Shown: positions 12,100 through 24,687, counted from the stretch's first letter. The stretch is 64,000 nt of DNA from Hemiscyllium ocellatum (GCF_020745735.1 NC_083413.1:98242409-98306408); one strand, 5' to 3'. Numbers and translations are program-made. The notes: generated by a model not told the origin, from the letters alone.

Positions 12100-13230
12100 T
12101 AATTTCTATTGTTTTGAGATTTCAGTATAGACAGGAAGCCTCCCTTGTTTCTCCTTATCTCACCCTCCATGCCCTTTGGTGTCCAGAGCACGTTACATTC
12201 TTGGTCCCATTCAGTGGCTTCCTGGGAAATGTCCTCCCTATGATTTTCCTGTCTCTTTCTTAAATGTTTCACACTGCTCTGACTCAGATTTACCAATAAG
12301 TGTCAGCTTCCAGTCCACTCTGGTTAAGTCATTACCTGATCTTACTAAAATTGTCGTTCCCCTTTTCAGAACTTTGGGCCAATGTCTATTCCTTTGCAGT
12401 ACACTCTGAAATCCAACTGATTTACGATCACTGTCTGCAAAGTGCACCACCATTGATGTTTTACCCACTGGGTCGACTTCATTCCCAAAAGTTAAATTCA
12501 GGTTCACCCCTCTCTTGCAAGGTCTGGATTAAAATTCTCTGTATTAACACATACTTTGTTTAAATATTCTCCTGGGGGCATTTTCAGAATTGTGCTCCCT
12601 CTAAACGTTAGACAAAATGAATATCCAAGCCTATGCTGAGGAAGTTAAAAACCTCTTTTCTCATTCCCCTATTTAATTTACATATCTCTGAAATTTATCC
12701 ATGTATTTGCACTTGGTCTTTTGGACCTATAGTAAGGCCTATCGTGCTCTCCCAGTAGTTATGTTTGCTGTATTTTGGTTTTGAAGTACTGTCCATTTGC
12801 CTTTGTTCGAGGAGGTATCTATGATTTCATTTCTCTTTACAGCCTAAAATACTCTTGTCAGAATTGTGACAGAAGCAACATTCCGTGCCGCACACCCCTG
12901 CCCCCATCCTTTTCCATCTTTCCCTGTCTCGCCTGAAGGCACTAAATCCTGGAAAATTGAATAGCCACTCCTGCCCCGCTCTCAATATGTCTCCGTGATA
13001 GCAACAGCATCATTTCCTCATTTATGCCGGTAATTCATCTGCCTTGATCATCAGACTCTGTCATTAAAACGAATACCATCCAATGTTGCTATCTCCCTTC
13101 TGATGTTATCGGCCTATAGTTTCTATGCCTCCTTGACTCCCTTGCTGTGTCCTATAATTTTAGCCTTTCACATTGTCCTGATGATCTTTCTGTGTGGATC
13201 CCAGCTTCTCCAGCACTCTGCACAATTATG
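12100..13230 (-). mobile_element. Old CR1-clade LINE endonuclease-region fragment
   Basis: Similar to 39720-40545 and 44170-45300; boundaries approximate. Confidence 0.55.
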
Positions 13231-13329
13231 ATTCTTGTATCCATTAATCACAAGAAACCTTGATATATGAGAACTGATTGTATTTGTTATGAAATTCATC
13301 AGATAATTTATGCGATGTGTTTCCTAAAG

Positions 13330-13641
13330 GTACAGGTCCTCTCCCACCAACTCTTCTCCTAACTGTGAGCTCCAGTGAAGAAATCGCAAGCAGCAAGTTT
13401 GCAACTGTCGTTTGTTCAATCATCGATTTCCATCCGAAGGCAATCAACGTGACTTGGTTGAAAAATGGCCGACGCTTGGATTCTGGCTTCTTCACGTCTC
13501 CCGTGTGTGAGGCGAACGGGAACTTCTCGGTGACGAGTCGGCTGATGGTCCCTTATGGTGAATGGTACAACAGCGCAGTCTATACCTGCCAGGTCACTCA
13601 CGAAGAGAACATTCAAAGTAAAAACATCACCGCACTCCAGG
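13330..13641 (+). CDS. IGHM: IgM heavy chain constant exon CH2 (Cmu2)
   Basis: Acceptor ttcctaaag|GT (in-frame alternative tacag| giving start 13336), donor CAGG|gtaaga. Translates [47 protein letters not shown]...FSVTSRL...[20 protein letters not shown]. Confidence 0.96.
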
Positions 13642-13979
13642 GTAAGAGACACATACTGGGAGAGCTACAAATCACTCTGAACTCTGATGTGAATCAAACA
13701 CACTAATTTATCAGGCGTAGTAAACAGCACGGTACAGCTTCTCATTTCCCAGCATGTCACGTATCTCATTTCAGTTTGAATGTTACATTAGCATTGCTCA
13801 TAATTCAACATTTTGGCAAGTCAGAAAAGCATGTTTCCTCTCTGTTGAAGATAGATATATAGACAGTGAGCTTTGTTAAATAGTTTGTTAAATAGTTTGT
13901 TGCCTGACCATGCTGGGAGAGGCATTCAGAGTGATGAATCCTTGCCTGGTAGTGGCTTCAAGGATAAGTTTGGGGGTGG

Positions 13980-14345
13980 AGGGGGGATATTGGAGAGATA
14001 TCTAATTGAAACATAGAAAATACTGAGAGACTGAGGTCGAGTGAATGTAAATAGATGTTTTGACTGGTAGGCGAGACTAGGACCCAAGGGCACAGTCTCA
14101 GGGTCAAAGGGGCACCGTTTAGAACTGAGATGGGGAGGAATTTCTTCAGCCAGAGGGTGATGAATCTGTGGAACTTGTTGCTGCAGAGGGCTGTGGAGAC
14201 CAGGCCATTGTGTATATTCAAGCCAGAGATGGATCGGTTCTTGTTTAGTGTGGGGAGAAGACCATAGAATGGCTTTAGCCCAAATGTCGATTTTCCTGCT
14301 CGTCGGATGCTGCCTGACCTGCTGTGCTTTTCCAGCATCATTCTG
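13980..14345 (+). mobile_element. CR1 3' fragment followed by a Penelope terminal-repeat piece
   Basis: ttagaactgagatggggaggaatttcttcagccagagggtgatgaatctgtggaac... then gtcgattttcctgctc...tgctgcctgacctgctg. Confidence 0.7.
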
Positions 14346-15621
14346 ATCTAAACTCTGGATTGGCCGAACAGCCTTATTCTGATCCTCTATCTTATGATGT
14401 TGTGGTCTCAAAATGACGTGGTTAAAATATGCAGTGACCCTAACTTGAAAATAAATCAAAATGCGTTCAATGCTTCACTCCCTGCTCAGGAATGACCTGT
14501 TGGCCTTGGACATTGTACGACATCGATTTTTATCTGGTACTGAGCTCTTTAACTTCATTTATGGGATCAGACCACAGACCAAGTGGGTATCACATTTGAT
14601 GAACTGGGATAAACGTGATCTCACTGAGCCTCTTTAAGATGCTCTCTGTAAGTAGTGGATGAGGCAGGAGAATAAATTCTGGTAAGAATGCTACAATAGG
14701 GATGAATGAACGAGGAACTCGAGACAGGCTGATTTAGCCTGGTTTGGGGTGGCGATGTTTACACAGTGGGTAGTGGATGTCTATAAAATTAGTGTACATT
14801 TCCATCACGTTTGTAGATTAATTTAAGACGCTTTTGTTTGTTTTTTTTTCTCCCCTGCTCTATGAAGAAATTAAAAAATGCAGCTTGGTAAATAAAGTGA
14901 AAGTACAGACCAGTCATGAACTAACTGAATGGAGGGAAAGACTTAAGGAGATGGGTGTCCTTCTCGATATCCAATGCTGTACTCAGTGCCTTGTTTTCAG
15001 ATCTACTCCAAACTCAGCCCACGAGGAACAATGACATAAATCAGAGAATGACATCACACCAATAACGCAAAGTATTTTTGATCACGTTAAATATAATGAA
15101 CAGAATTTCCATGGATATTCACTGCTCCTGTAGCACTTTAGAACTCTGCAAAGAGAATAATTATTATTTCTTATAATTTGTCCAAAATTTGGGATGTGAT
15201 TTGGCAGTCAGCGTGACCAGCAGCACTTGCACCTAAGGGTTATGAACATGGAAATGAACTCATTATATTCAGATTACTCTTGTCACAAGTATCAATAGAT
15301 GGTCTTAAGTGAGAGACAAACTCTGAAAGAAAGGTAATTCCATGGGTTACATCATGGTATCTTCGATGATTTTACTTTTTTCACAGCTTTCACTTGTTAC
15401 AAAGCCAGTGTTCTTTTGGAATAATTACACAGGGTATGTCATAGGTAATCACAAATGCTTTCACAAATCAAAATACATCAACAATAGTAAGCATTGTTTC
15501 AGCAATGGTTGGAGTTGCCATTTTGAAGGTGGTGTCTTCACCCTGTGAAGAAGTAATCTGAAGATTGGGTGTTTGTATCATAAAGGGGCATTTTTCATTG
15601 ACTTTGATTTTTGTTTCATAG

Positions 15622-15930
15622 AAGATACCGAGTGCCACCCTAACACCGTTAAAATCCTCCCACCGCCAATCGAACAAGTCTTACTGGAGGCGACGGTGAC
15701 GTTAACCTGCGTTGTGTCCAATTTTCCATCTGGAGTCAGCGTGACCTGGAAGCAAGAAAAGAAGCTTCTGAAAACCGAGATTGCTGACCAGCCTGGACAG
15801 AATCCCGACAGCGTGATCAGCAAATTAGACATTTCTACTGAAGCCTGGCTGAGTGGTGTTACTTTTGAATGTGTGGTGTACCATCAGAATCTACCGACTC
15901 CGCTGAGAGACTCCATCCACAAGGAGAAAG
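15622..15930 (+). CDS. IGHM: IgM heavy chain constant exon CH3 (Cmu3)
   Basis: Acceptor ttgtttcatag|AAG (NAGNAG, alternative start 15625), donor AAAG|gtgagc. Translates [48 protein letters not shown]...[28 protein letters not shown]. Confidence 0.96.
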
Positions 15931-16377
15931 GTGAGCGGTGAGATTAAAACACAAAGCATCCCATGTGGAATCCAGATCCAGTTACATCAATGGCAGGCTT
16001 TGATTGGTAATGAACAAACACCGTTGGGAGCATTTATGATGCATCTGAAGGCAGGATAACTAAGTAGCTGATTAAGAAAAAGATGGACCAAAGGATATTG
16101 TATTCTGATTAAGTCAGATAAGGTGGGAAGAAACCTGGGTTGTGATGTCACCATCAGCAATGACAGTTGGACAGAATGCCCTTGTTGTGGGCTGGAAACA
16201 TGGAGGCAACTTTCACATTAAACTTTACTTTTTTTACTGAACAGAATGTGTACTCTTTTAGAAAACGAAAGTGAATAAATCCCAAATTAAAAATGGCGTA
16301 TTTTAATATTGAGTGAAATTGTGATATTGGTTCAGGATGTTTTTGATTGATTTATATTTGTCTCAAATATTCTGCAG

Positions 16378-16769
16378 TGATTAATCCGCTGGAGCCATCA
16401 GTGTCGGTCCTCCTGCCACCAACAGAAGAAATCTCCGCTCAGAGGTTTCTCTCCCTCACCTGTTTAGTGAGAGGTTTCTCCCCCCGAGAGATCTTCGTCA
16501 AGTGGACAAACAATGACAAGCAGGTGAATCCCAGTAACTACAAGAACACCGAGGTGATGGCAGAGAGTGACAACACTTCCTTCTTCATCTACAGCCTGTT
16601 ATCCATTACAGCGGAGGAGTGGGCCAGCGGTGCTTCTTACTCCTGTGTGGTGGGACATGAAGCGATTCCATTGAAGATCATCAACAGAACAGTCGATAAA
16701 TCCAGCGGTAAACCGAGTTTCGTAAACATTTCACTTGCACTGATGGACACTGTTAATTCATGTCAATAA
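16378..16769 (+). CDS. IGHM: IgM heavy chain exon CH4 plus secretory tailpiece (internal donor after 16707 for the membrane form)
   Basis: Acceptor tattctgcag|TG. Translates [43 protein letters not shown]...[23 protein letters not shown], then G|gtaaac and the tail [20 protein letters not shown] with NIS sequon and penultimate Cys, the hallmark of a mu secretory tail. Confidence 0.97.
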
Positions 16770-16811
16770 AAATCTCAAAGTTGCATTTAATAATTCAACA
16801 GAAGTAATAAA
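16765..16811 (+). promoter_or_regulatory. Secretory-form polyadenylation signals
   Basis: AATAAA at 16765-16770 (overlaps the last codon and stop) and at 16806-16811, followed by T/GT-rich sequence. Confidence 0.7.
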
Positions 16812-17889
16812 GTTTCTTTTTCCTCCAGTTGTGAGTTAAATACTGAATGAGTTGTTTCTCACTCTGACTTACATTCCATCTCTGTAGTTAAAGTGGGTTA
16901 TTAACAGGTCTAGGACAAGTGTCTTGTGCAGTTAATGTTCTCTGCTCAGATACACCCTGGGTCAGAGACAGAGTAAAGCTCACTCATTGCAGGATTCCGC
17001 CAAGTCCCTTATCCATCTTAAATCCCTCTGTGACAAAATCTGACAATGTCCATTTTATGTCAAGGGTAGAGCACGAGTTTTGAACTTGGTGTTCTTGATT
17101 CCCCTGATTGGACATTCTTATAAAATTCATGTCAGTTTTAAACTGCCACATTGCACCAATTGGAAATGTAAATTTAAGATACTTTAAAATTAAATTTGAT
17201 TGGAACATACCAATCGTAAAGAGTGCAGAACAGTTTGAATGTAACCGTTGTTTCTGGGGAACTGCCAGGGATCTTGCGCCAGCGCATGAGTTGACAGAAT
17301 GTATCTTCACTTTCACACCAAAGAGAATCGACAGATAAGTTGTCGTGGAGCAGAGGGGAGGGGAACGATGAATGGTCTGTCCTCTTGCTCCCTGTGCAGA
17401 GTTTTCATGGTCGATGTCCTCTGTAATGTAACCCCGTTACTAACAGGAACAGTCAGCTTCTTGCTTACTGTCCAAAGATTGAACATTTCCATGCAAAATA
17501 ATACCTTTGAAACATGTTGGACACGCTTGGCTCTGTTAACAAATGATTAACATTGATTCCCCTAATCCAAAACTGGTGTTTGCATTGTCCCGGTTTGAAT
17601 TCTATAGTTTTGTCTCAGTTTTCTGGAGCACATGGGATCAATTCTGGTATTCGAATACCTGATACCATTTTGTTTCACATACAGAACACAAGTAGACATT
17701 TTCTAATAAACATATTCAGAAATGTTATCTCTGGGGCAGTGGGGATTTGAACTCACGCCTTTTCTCTCAGAGACAGAAATTCTATCACTGCAACAGAAGA
17801 GTTGCTCATAAAACGCTTATCTCTTCACGACGATGGGAAATGTTTCCTACAACACCAAGGTCAAATCTAATTATAGGCAATCCATTAAA

Positions 17890-19010
17890 ATTAGAACAAT
17901 AAATTAGAATAATAAAAATTGCAGTCTGGTATAAGAACAGATACAGAGAGATGATCGCAAATACACACGGAATGACACATATATGGGCTCTCACCTAAAG
18001 ACACATATTGATGTGCACACTCAAATGTGCATACAGATAAGATGTCACACACGCATACTCGCACAGAGCCACACATGCAAGTGGTACTTGAACACTCACC
18101 TAAGCTCATACAAAAACTCACATACACCGAAAGAAAATTATTTGCACAAATGATCAGGGTACTCACACATAACCATGAGAAATATAGACACACGGTAACA
18201 CACAAATGGACATGGATACATATACATTCATACAGCACAATGCGTACAGGCATACACGCATGAACACACAGATACAAATTCCAAAAAATATCCTCCCACA
18301 TGCCAACTCACACAGGCACGTAAGTGCACAGAGATAAACATTAATATCATTATTTTCCCATTTTCAGAATCACAAACATACGATGACAGAGGCAGCTTAA
18401 TTAGTTATTTTTAAACCACGTTGATCAGCATGTATACAATGTCACACGTACACACAAATTCCGAGTCTCACATGCAGACACACAAGTGCATAGGTCAACA
18501 AATAGAGGGGCATTTATTAAATAAGGATAATGAGCACAAGCATCAGCAAGCATCCACACACAGTAACACAAACAAGCTTCTCAGGAGATGGTTTGGGAAA
18601 GATTGCCACACAAGCAGACATCATCATATAAATATAAACATCCACCAAAATAACATTGCATGCTAACATTTATTAAGCATAAACATGAAAATAACCTAGT
18701 TTAGGTAGGACCTGAAACAGACACATAAGCACACATTTTAGATAGCACTAATGAAAAGTGAACACTCACAAAGACATTACAAGATAAGCATAGGCAGCAA
18801 TGAAGTGGCATATTCGCATAATGATGCTTACACAATGTGAAAAGACCAAAATGTACGTACACAAACACATGAGAACACTAGCAGTAAAGGAACAGGAATA
18901 TGTTTATTCATGCACAGACTCCAACATGGGCAAGAGTGAAGTAAGAGGCACTCATAACCACATACACAACCATTAAAGGGAAACCAAACACACCAAGCAG
19001 TAGGTCAAAT
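17890..19010. repeat. Degenerate CA-rich low-complexity tract in the CH4-TM1 intron
   Basis: Recurrent acacac/cacata/acaca words; its ORFs are His/Thr- or Cys/Val-rich. Confidence 0.75.
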
Positions 19011-19531
19011 AAATTAAGGGACACATGTACAAAAGCTTATTCCTAAATATACAGATCCTACAAACAAAAATATGAAGCAATGTCCTGACTGTGATGTCAC
19101 TTATATTCACGATTTGCCAAGCAATTGGTCACCAATACATAAAGGTGAGAATCACATTTGAACTTTTACTCAGTGATGGCCACAATTTTCAACTAAAGTG
19201 CTGTCACAGCCTATATTTAAAATATAATGATATAATTAAAATAATCATTCGTAATAAGCATTCCTCAAATAATAATATCCTTAAATAATAGGTTAAAAAA
19301 AATTAAAACATTCTGACATGGACAATGAAGAAAGAACATGTGCAGTCAGTATTTGTAATTTCTTGCTGAGAGTCAATAATGCACTGATGGATACAGATAA
19401 GAGTCACACTTGAGAAATACCTGACTGCTTTATGAAGATGTAATGGTCTCTAATTACATGACTTGGATACACATAGATCGATCTGGATCAATAAACGATC
19501 TAAATGCGTTCTCTCGGCTTTATATTCATAG

Positions 19532-19659
19532 ATTCAATAGATCGCACTTGGATTGAAGACTATGAGGATGATAACAGCAACATCTGGACAACTGCTTCCA
19601 CGTTCATCACCTTGTTCTTCCTGAGTATTTTCTACAGCGCTGCCGTCACTCTGGTGAAG
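19532..19659 (+). CDS. IGHM: IgM membrane exon TM1
   Basis: Acceptor tatattcatag|AT, donor AAG|gtgaga. Translates DSIDRTWIEDYEDDNSNIWTTASTFITLFFLSIFYSAAVTLVK, containing the conserved antigen-receptor TM motif (W-T-T-A-S-T-F...F-x-L-S-x-x-Y-S). Confidence 0.96.
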
Positions 19660-19798
19660 GTGAGAATAATCACATCTTTCTCATGCCAAACAGCCCAATA
19701 TGTTTTGTGAAATCTCTAAGTGTGCCATTGAATAAACATTAAATCTGAAAGTCCCTGATCATAAATATCTGTGTCATTGCTTTATCTCTCTTTTCCAG

Positions 19799-19807
19799 GT
19801 TAAGTGA
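19799..19807 (+). CDS. IGHM: IgM membrane exon TM2 (VK*)
   Basis: tttatctctcttttccag|GTT AAG TGA after a 139-bp intron; gives the KVK cytoplasmic tail of membrane IgM. Confidence 0.93.
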   Translation, partial: VK

Positions 19808-20236
19808 ATGAGTTGTGGACCCCTTTGATTTTCCTGATCTGCTTATCAAGGTCTCTGAATTCCCAATCTACAATCTGTCCTGTTGCTGACTCTCACAGTG
19901 AGATCACTTCAGTTTATCAGTGTGTAACTGAGACAATTATTGATGGATTTTCGTTTTTACTTTGATATCTTTGAAATGGTTGTGGTTGGAAGAATTTGTA
20001 GCTTCCCTGTTGTTTGAAGCCCATTTGTTTTGTTTTTATTTGTTCCTTACTCAGAATGGTTGCCTACCCTTTCTGATGAGCCTTTGTATTCCCTTTCTTG
20101 TGACTGTTACTGATGTACAGAAAATTCCCACCTCACAGCGCATGTGTTCTCATCTCAATGTGGCACCCAGCCATTATATTCACTTCTGTTAGCTTTTACA
20201 TCAACTTTTTGGATAAAAATGCTTTCTGAAATGGTT

Positions 20237-20242
20237 AATAAA
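20237..20242 (+). promoter_or_regulatory. Probable membrane-form polyadenylation signal
   Basis: First AATAAA noticed after the TM2 stop, about 430 bp downstream. Confidence 0.6.
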
Positions 20243-22099
20243 TCTCGAATGAATATGCACTAACCTTGAGTTTGCTTCATTCTTTCTTCAAGGCCAGTCA
20301 GTAATCATACATTTTCCCACATCCTACTCCTTTCCCAGCCAAATACTTTCACTTGTTCTGTTTGGTTGTGTCTCATCCAGTCATTTAGTTTAATGTTGCG
20401 CTGCCATGCCGCCCACTAATGTAAATACATCTTTCACACGATATGCCTGATGGAACACTCCAGAGGCAGAATGATTAGAGAACATTTCCTCTTATGCACC
20501 AAAGGTCACGGCCTCGGGTCACGTAATGATACAAATGAGGAGCTTTGCTCCACCAGAAGCCTATAAAAGGCAGGCAAAGGAGTTTGAAAGTTTACTCTAC
20601 ACCGTCTAAACTACATGTACTCCCAATGTCCGGACAGCCTGGGTTAGTAATGCATAACTCACCACCTAAAGCGCCCAACGAAACATTCATCAGCCAAAAA
20701 TGTCAACGTTCAGTCAGGTAGTCAGACACAACACGTGCACAATCCAAGGGCGGATTCTCAGAACTGGAGTTTTTCTCACACATAAATCTCATGGAGCACT
20801 ATTCCTGGGATCTATTTGACACACCACACCTGTCAAATCCCAGGGAATGAGACTGGGATCTATCTGATACAGGGATATTACTGAACAGCAACCCTCAAAA
20901 ATAATAAATCAGAGGTCGATGTTGATCAGGCAAGTCAGAGCTCATGAGTCCCTGAAATATTCAGCCATTGGGATCTATATGATGCAAGACGGAGTTGGGA
21001 ACCAATCATAGCAACTGTTCACAGAGTCTGGAAACTATCAGCAGAGGAGAACATTCTCAATTTCTCAGAGTTGGTGAGGTGTATCATCCCGGGAATAGTG
21101 TTGTGAATCAGTCACGCACCCAATCTCATAATTTTGCCTTTTGTCAAAAACGTGGCTCCTGAAACTAGATGCAACATTCCAGGTGAGACAAGAGACTGTT
21201 TGATTTCAGTTTAACATAATTGCTTTGTGTTTGTTCTCTACGGTGTTATTGATGAAGTAGGGTTTAGTTGCTCTTCTGTCCACGTGTCATGGTACATTCC
21301 CTGATTTGTGCACATACACATGGAGGATCCTCTGCTCCTTCACCCCCTTTGGGTTTACCCCCTTACTATTGTATGTTCCCCTGAGTTCATCACAAAACAA
21401 AGAAGCACGTCACCCCTCCCTGAGACGGAGATCTATCTGACACACCGATATTAATGAATAACAATCCTCAAAAATGATCAATCACAGGTTGATTTCGATC
21501 AGAGAAGACAAAGATCAGAAGTTCTGGAAACCCTGCTGCTTTCCATGTCCTTTCCCACAACCCCTCTGTCAAACTTGATGCTCTTAGCTGTTCTTCCAAT
21601 ATCCTAACATTTTACCTTAAATTGCTGTTAATATTTTTCTGTAATTTTGCATGATGGACCAAAGCACAGGTTGAAACAACAAGGACTCCAAACACTGAAC
21701 TCTGAGAACGTACACAGTAAGACAGCCTACATTCTGTAACAGCAAACACCCGTTAACAAATGGTTGACAAGTACAAAACAGCGGGTGAGATTAACTTGAA
21801 CTCATCAAAATAAAAGGAAAGTACTCTGGAGGTACAGCGGTGTAGGCAAGAGCTGGGCAGACAGAGTGGAGTTCGTTTTTTAAAATTCTTGTTTATATCC
21901 AGAATTTTCTTTCCACACAATGTAACCTTTTATTTCCCATCACCCAAGTCCCCCACAGTCTCTTTATTTTCTGCTACTAACCATCACCAGTAAATTGAAT
22001 AATTTATGTTCAAAGCCCCTCCCACCATCAAAGATACGGCAGAAGTAGGAAGAGCTAGAAGGAGATTGGAGTCATTTTATCTTGTGGTGATACATTACT

Positions 22100-23410
22100 G
22101 CTGTTCTAACACAAGGTATTTCTGAGGGATGGTCCAGTGAAGCTATGTGGATGGAACTCATAAATAAGAAGGGCATGGTTACTTTGATGCAATTGTAATA
22201 GTTCCACCAGTAGTCAGAGTGAAATTGAGTAATGAATATGTGGAGAGATCTTATTTATATGTAAGAATAATAGGATTGCAATAATCGCAAATTTTAACCT
22301 TCCAAACATAAAGTGGGACAGTCATGATCTTAAGAGCTTGGATGGTGAGGAATTTGGTAAGTGCTAAAGTCAATTTTCTTCATTAATATACAGATGTAAC
22401 TCTCACAGAAGAGCAAACCTGACCTACTCTTGTGATATAAGGCAGGACAAGTGACTGAATGGTTAGTAGGGGAGCTTTTTGGGGCCCGGGTCATATTTCG
22501 ATTAGTTTAAAATATCTATGGAAGGATTGGCATTATATATAAGTTAAAGTTCTTAATTGAACTAGGGCAAATTTTGATAGTATGAGACAAAAACTTTCAA
22601 GAGTTGATTGGAGTAGACTGTTTGCAGCTCAAGGGACGGCCGGCAAGAGTGAAGCTTTCAGAAGTGAGATAACGAGAGTTCGGAGGTATGATGTTCCTGT
22701 TAGTGTGAAGATAAGGCTGGTAAGAGGAGGGAACACTGGAGGAATAAAGATATTGAGGCTCTGGTTCAGATTAAGAATGAATCATATATTAGATATCGAT
22801 AAGTGAGATTCAGTGAATCTCGAAGAGTAAAAGAGGGGCAGGGACATTCTAAAGAGGGAAATGAGGAGGGCAAGAAAGGAAAATGAGATAGCCTTGGCAG
22901 ATAATGTTCAAGATAATCCAAAGAGATTCGACTAGTACATTAAGAGCAAAGGGGTAGATCACAGAGTCATAGAGATGTACAACTTGGAAACAGATCTTTC
23001 AGTCTCACTTGCCCATGCTGACCAGATATCCTAAACTAATCTAGTCCCATTTGCCAGTACTTGGCCCATATCCCTCTAAACCCTTCCTATTCTTATACAC
23101 ACTCAGATGCCTTTTAAATGTTGAAATTGCACCAGCCTCCACCACTTCCTCTGGCAGTTCATTCCATACACACCACCCTCTGCATGAAAAAGTTACTCCT
23201 TAGGTACTTTCAACTTTTTCCCCTCTCACTCTAAACCTAGACTCATGAGTGTAGGTTTAGATGAGACTCCACCCATCTCAGGGAAAAAACCTTGCCTATT
23301 CACTGTATCCATGCCTCTGATGATTTTATAAACCTTTATAAAGTCACCCCTCAGCTTCCAACGCTCCAGAGAAATCAACCCCAGCCTATTCAGCCTCTCC
23401 CTATATAACT
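22100..23410. mobile_element. CR1 ORF2 fragment (+, to about 22960) abutting a CR1 3' fragment (-, about 22965-23410)
   Basis: ORF 22582-22806 MRQKLSRVDWSRLF..., and KDNPKRF-type motif near 22910. Confidence 0.72.
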
Positions 23411-23999
23411 CTACATGGCTGTGAATATGTATAAGCCTAGAGGATTGGCTTCATAAATCATGTTGCATTTAATATAAATGTTGTTTTTTTTATTATCATT
23501 TAGTTTAAAATGGAGGATGGGTGCCTTTTCAATTTATGGTGTGTATGGAAAGACCTGGAAAATAAACTACAACAAAAAAATGGACAAAAAGTTATTGTAC
23601 TACAGATAGTGCACCATATCATTCGTGTAAAAAATAATTCCCTGTTTTGACCGTGAAGTTAATAGAGTCTATTAATTAGTCCAGTGTTTGTAATAATTTT
23701 CATCTATCTGTCATTCTACATTTAGTTGTTGTAGTTAATGTGTGGATTACTGCACCTCTCTAAAAATTCAAAACAAAATAAAGTAAAACTGCAAATTAAA
23801 TATTGCATCTAATTACGACAAAAAAATTAGCAATACAATGACATGAAATTGGAAAGGAATGTTGAAATGTAGCCAATTCTGAGGACTACAAGAAGTTGCA
23901 AGAGATCATTAATTAATTTACGGTATGTTCAAATAATTAGCAAATGAAGATCCACACAGATAAAGGTAAGGTATTACATCTTGGTAGGAATAATGTGCA

Positions 24000-24687
24000 A
24001 GGCGAAAGTGAGGTCTGCAGATGCTGGAGTATCAGAGCTGAAAATGTGTTGCTGGAAAAGCGCAGCAGGTCAGGCAGCAACCAAGTAACAGGAAATTCGA
24101 CGTTTCGGGCATAAGCCCTTCATCAGGAATGAGGAAAGTGTGTCCAGCAGGCTAAGATAAAAGGTAGGGAGGAGGGACTTGGGGGAGGGGTGATGGAGAT
24201 GTGATAGGTGGAAGGATGTCAAGGTGAGGGTGATAGGCCGGAGTGGGGTGGGGGCGGAGAGGTTAGGAAGAAGATTGCAGGTTAGGAAGGGGGTGCTGAG
24301 TTCGAGGGATTCGACTGAGACAAAGTGGGGGGAGGGGAAATGAGGAAACTGGAGAAATCTGAGTTCATCCCTTGTGGTTGGAGGGTTCCCAGGCGGAAAA
24401 TGAGGTGCTCTTCCTCCAACCGTCGTGTTGTTATGGTCTGGCGATGGAGGAGTCCAAGGACCTGCATGTCCTTGGTGGAGTGGGAGGGGGAGTTAAAGTG
24501 TTGAGCCACGGGGTGGTTGGGTTGGTTGGTCCGGTGTCCCAGAGGTGTTCTCTGAAATGTTCCGCAAGTAGGTGGCCCGTCTCCCCAATATAGAGGAGGC
24601 CACATCGGGTGCAGCGGATGCAATAGATGATGTGTGTGGAGGTGCAGGTGAATTTGTGGTGGATATGGAAGGATCCCTTGGGGCCTT
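24000..24687 (-). mobile_element. Penelope-like element 3' part (GIY-YIG endonuclease plus terminal repeat with hammerhead)
   Basis: Minus ORFs give IIYCIRCTRCGLLYIGETG...FREHL and HPVAQHFNSPSH...RRLEEEHLIFRLGTLQPQGMN (GIY-YIG). 13-bp direct repeat ggaataatgtgca at 23987-23999 and 24688-24700. Confidence 0.9.
24095..24130 (-). ncRNA. Minimal hammerhead ribozyme motif
   Basis: AUUC-CUGAUGA-A-GGGC-UUAU-GCCC-GAAAC-GUC-GAAU: full core, 4-bp stem I, 4-bp stem II, palindromic ACGU stem III. Confidence 0.8.

Noticed and set aside
17891-18666. ORFs of 78-136 aa in the CH4-TM1 intron as possible extra exons
   Set aside because: Products of the CA-rich low-complexity tract, with no Ig or TM features.
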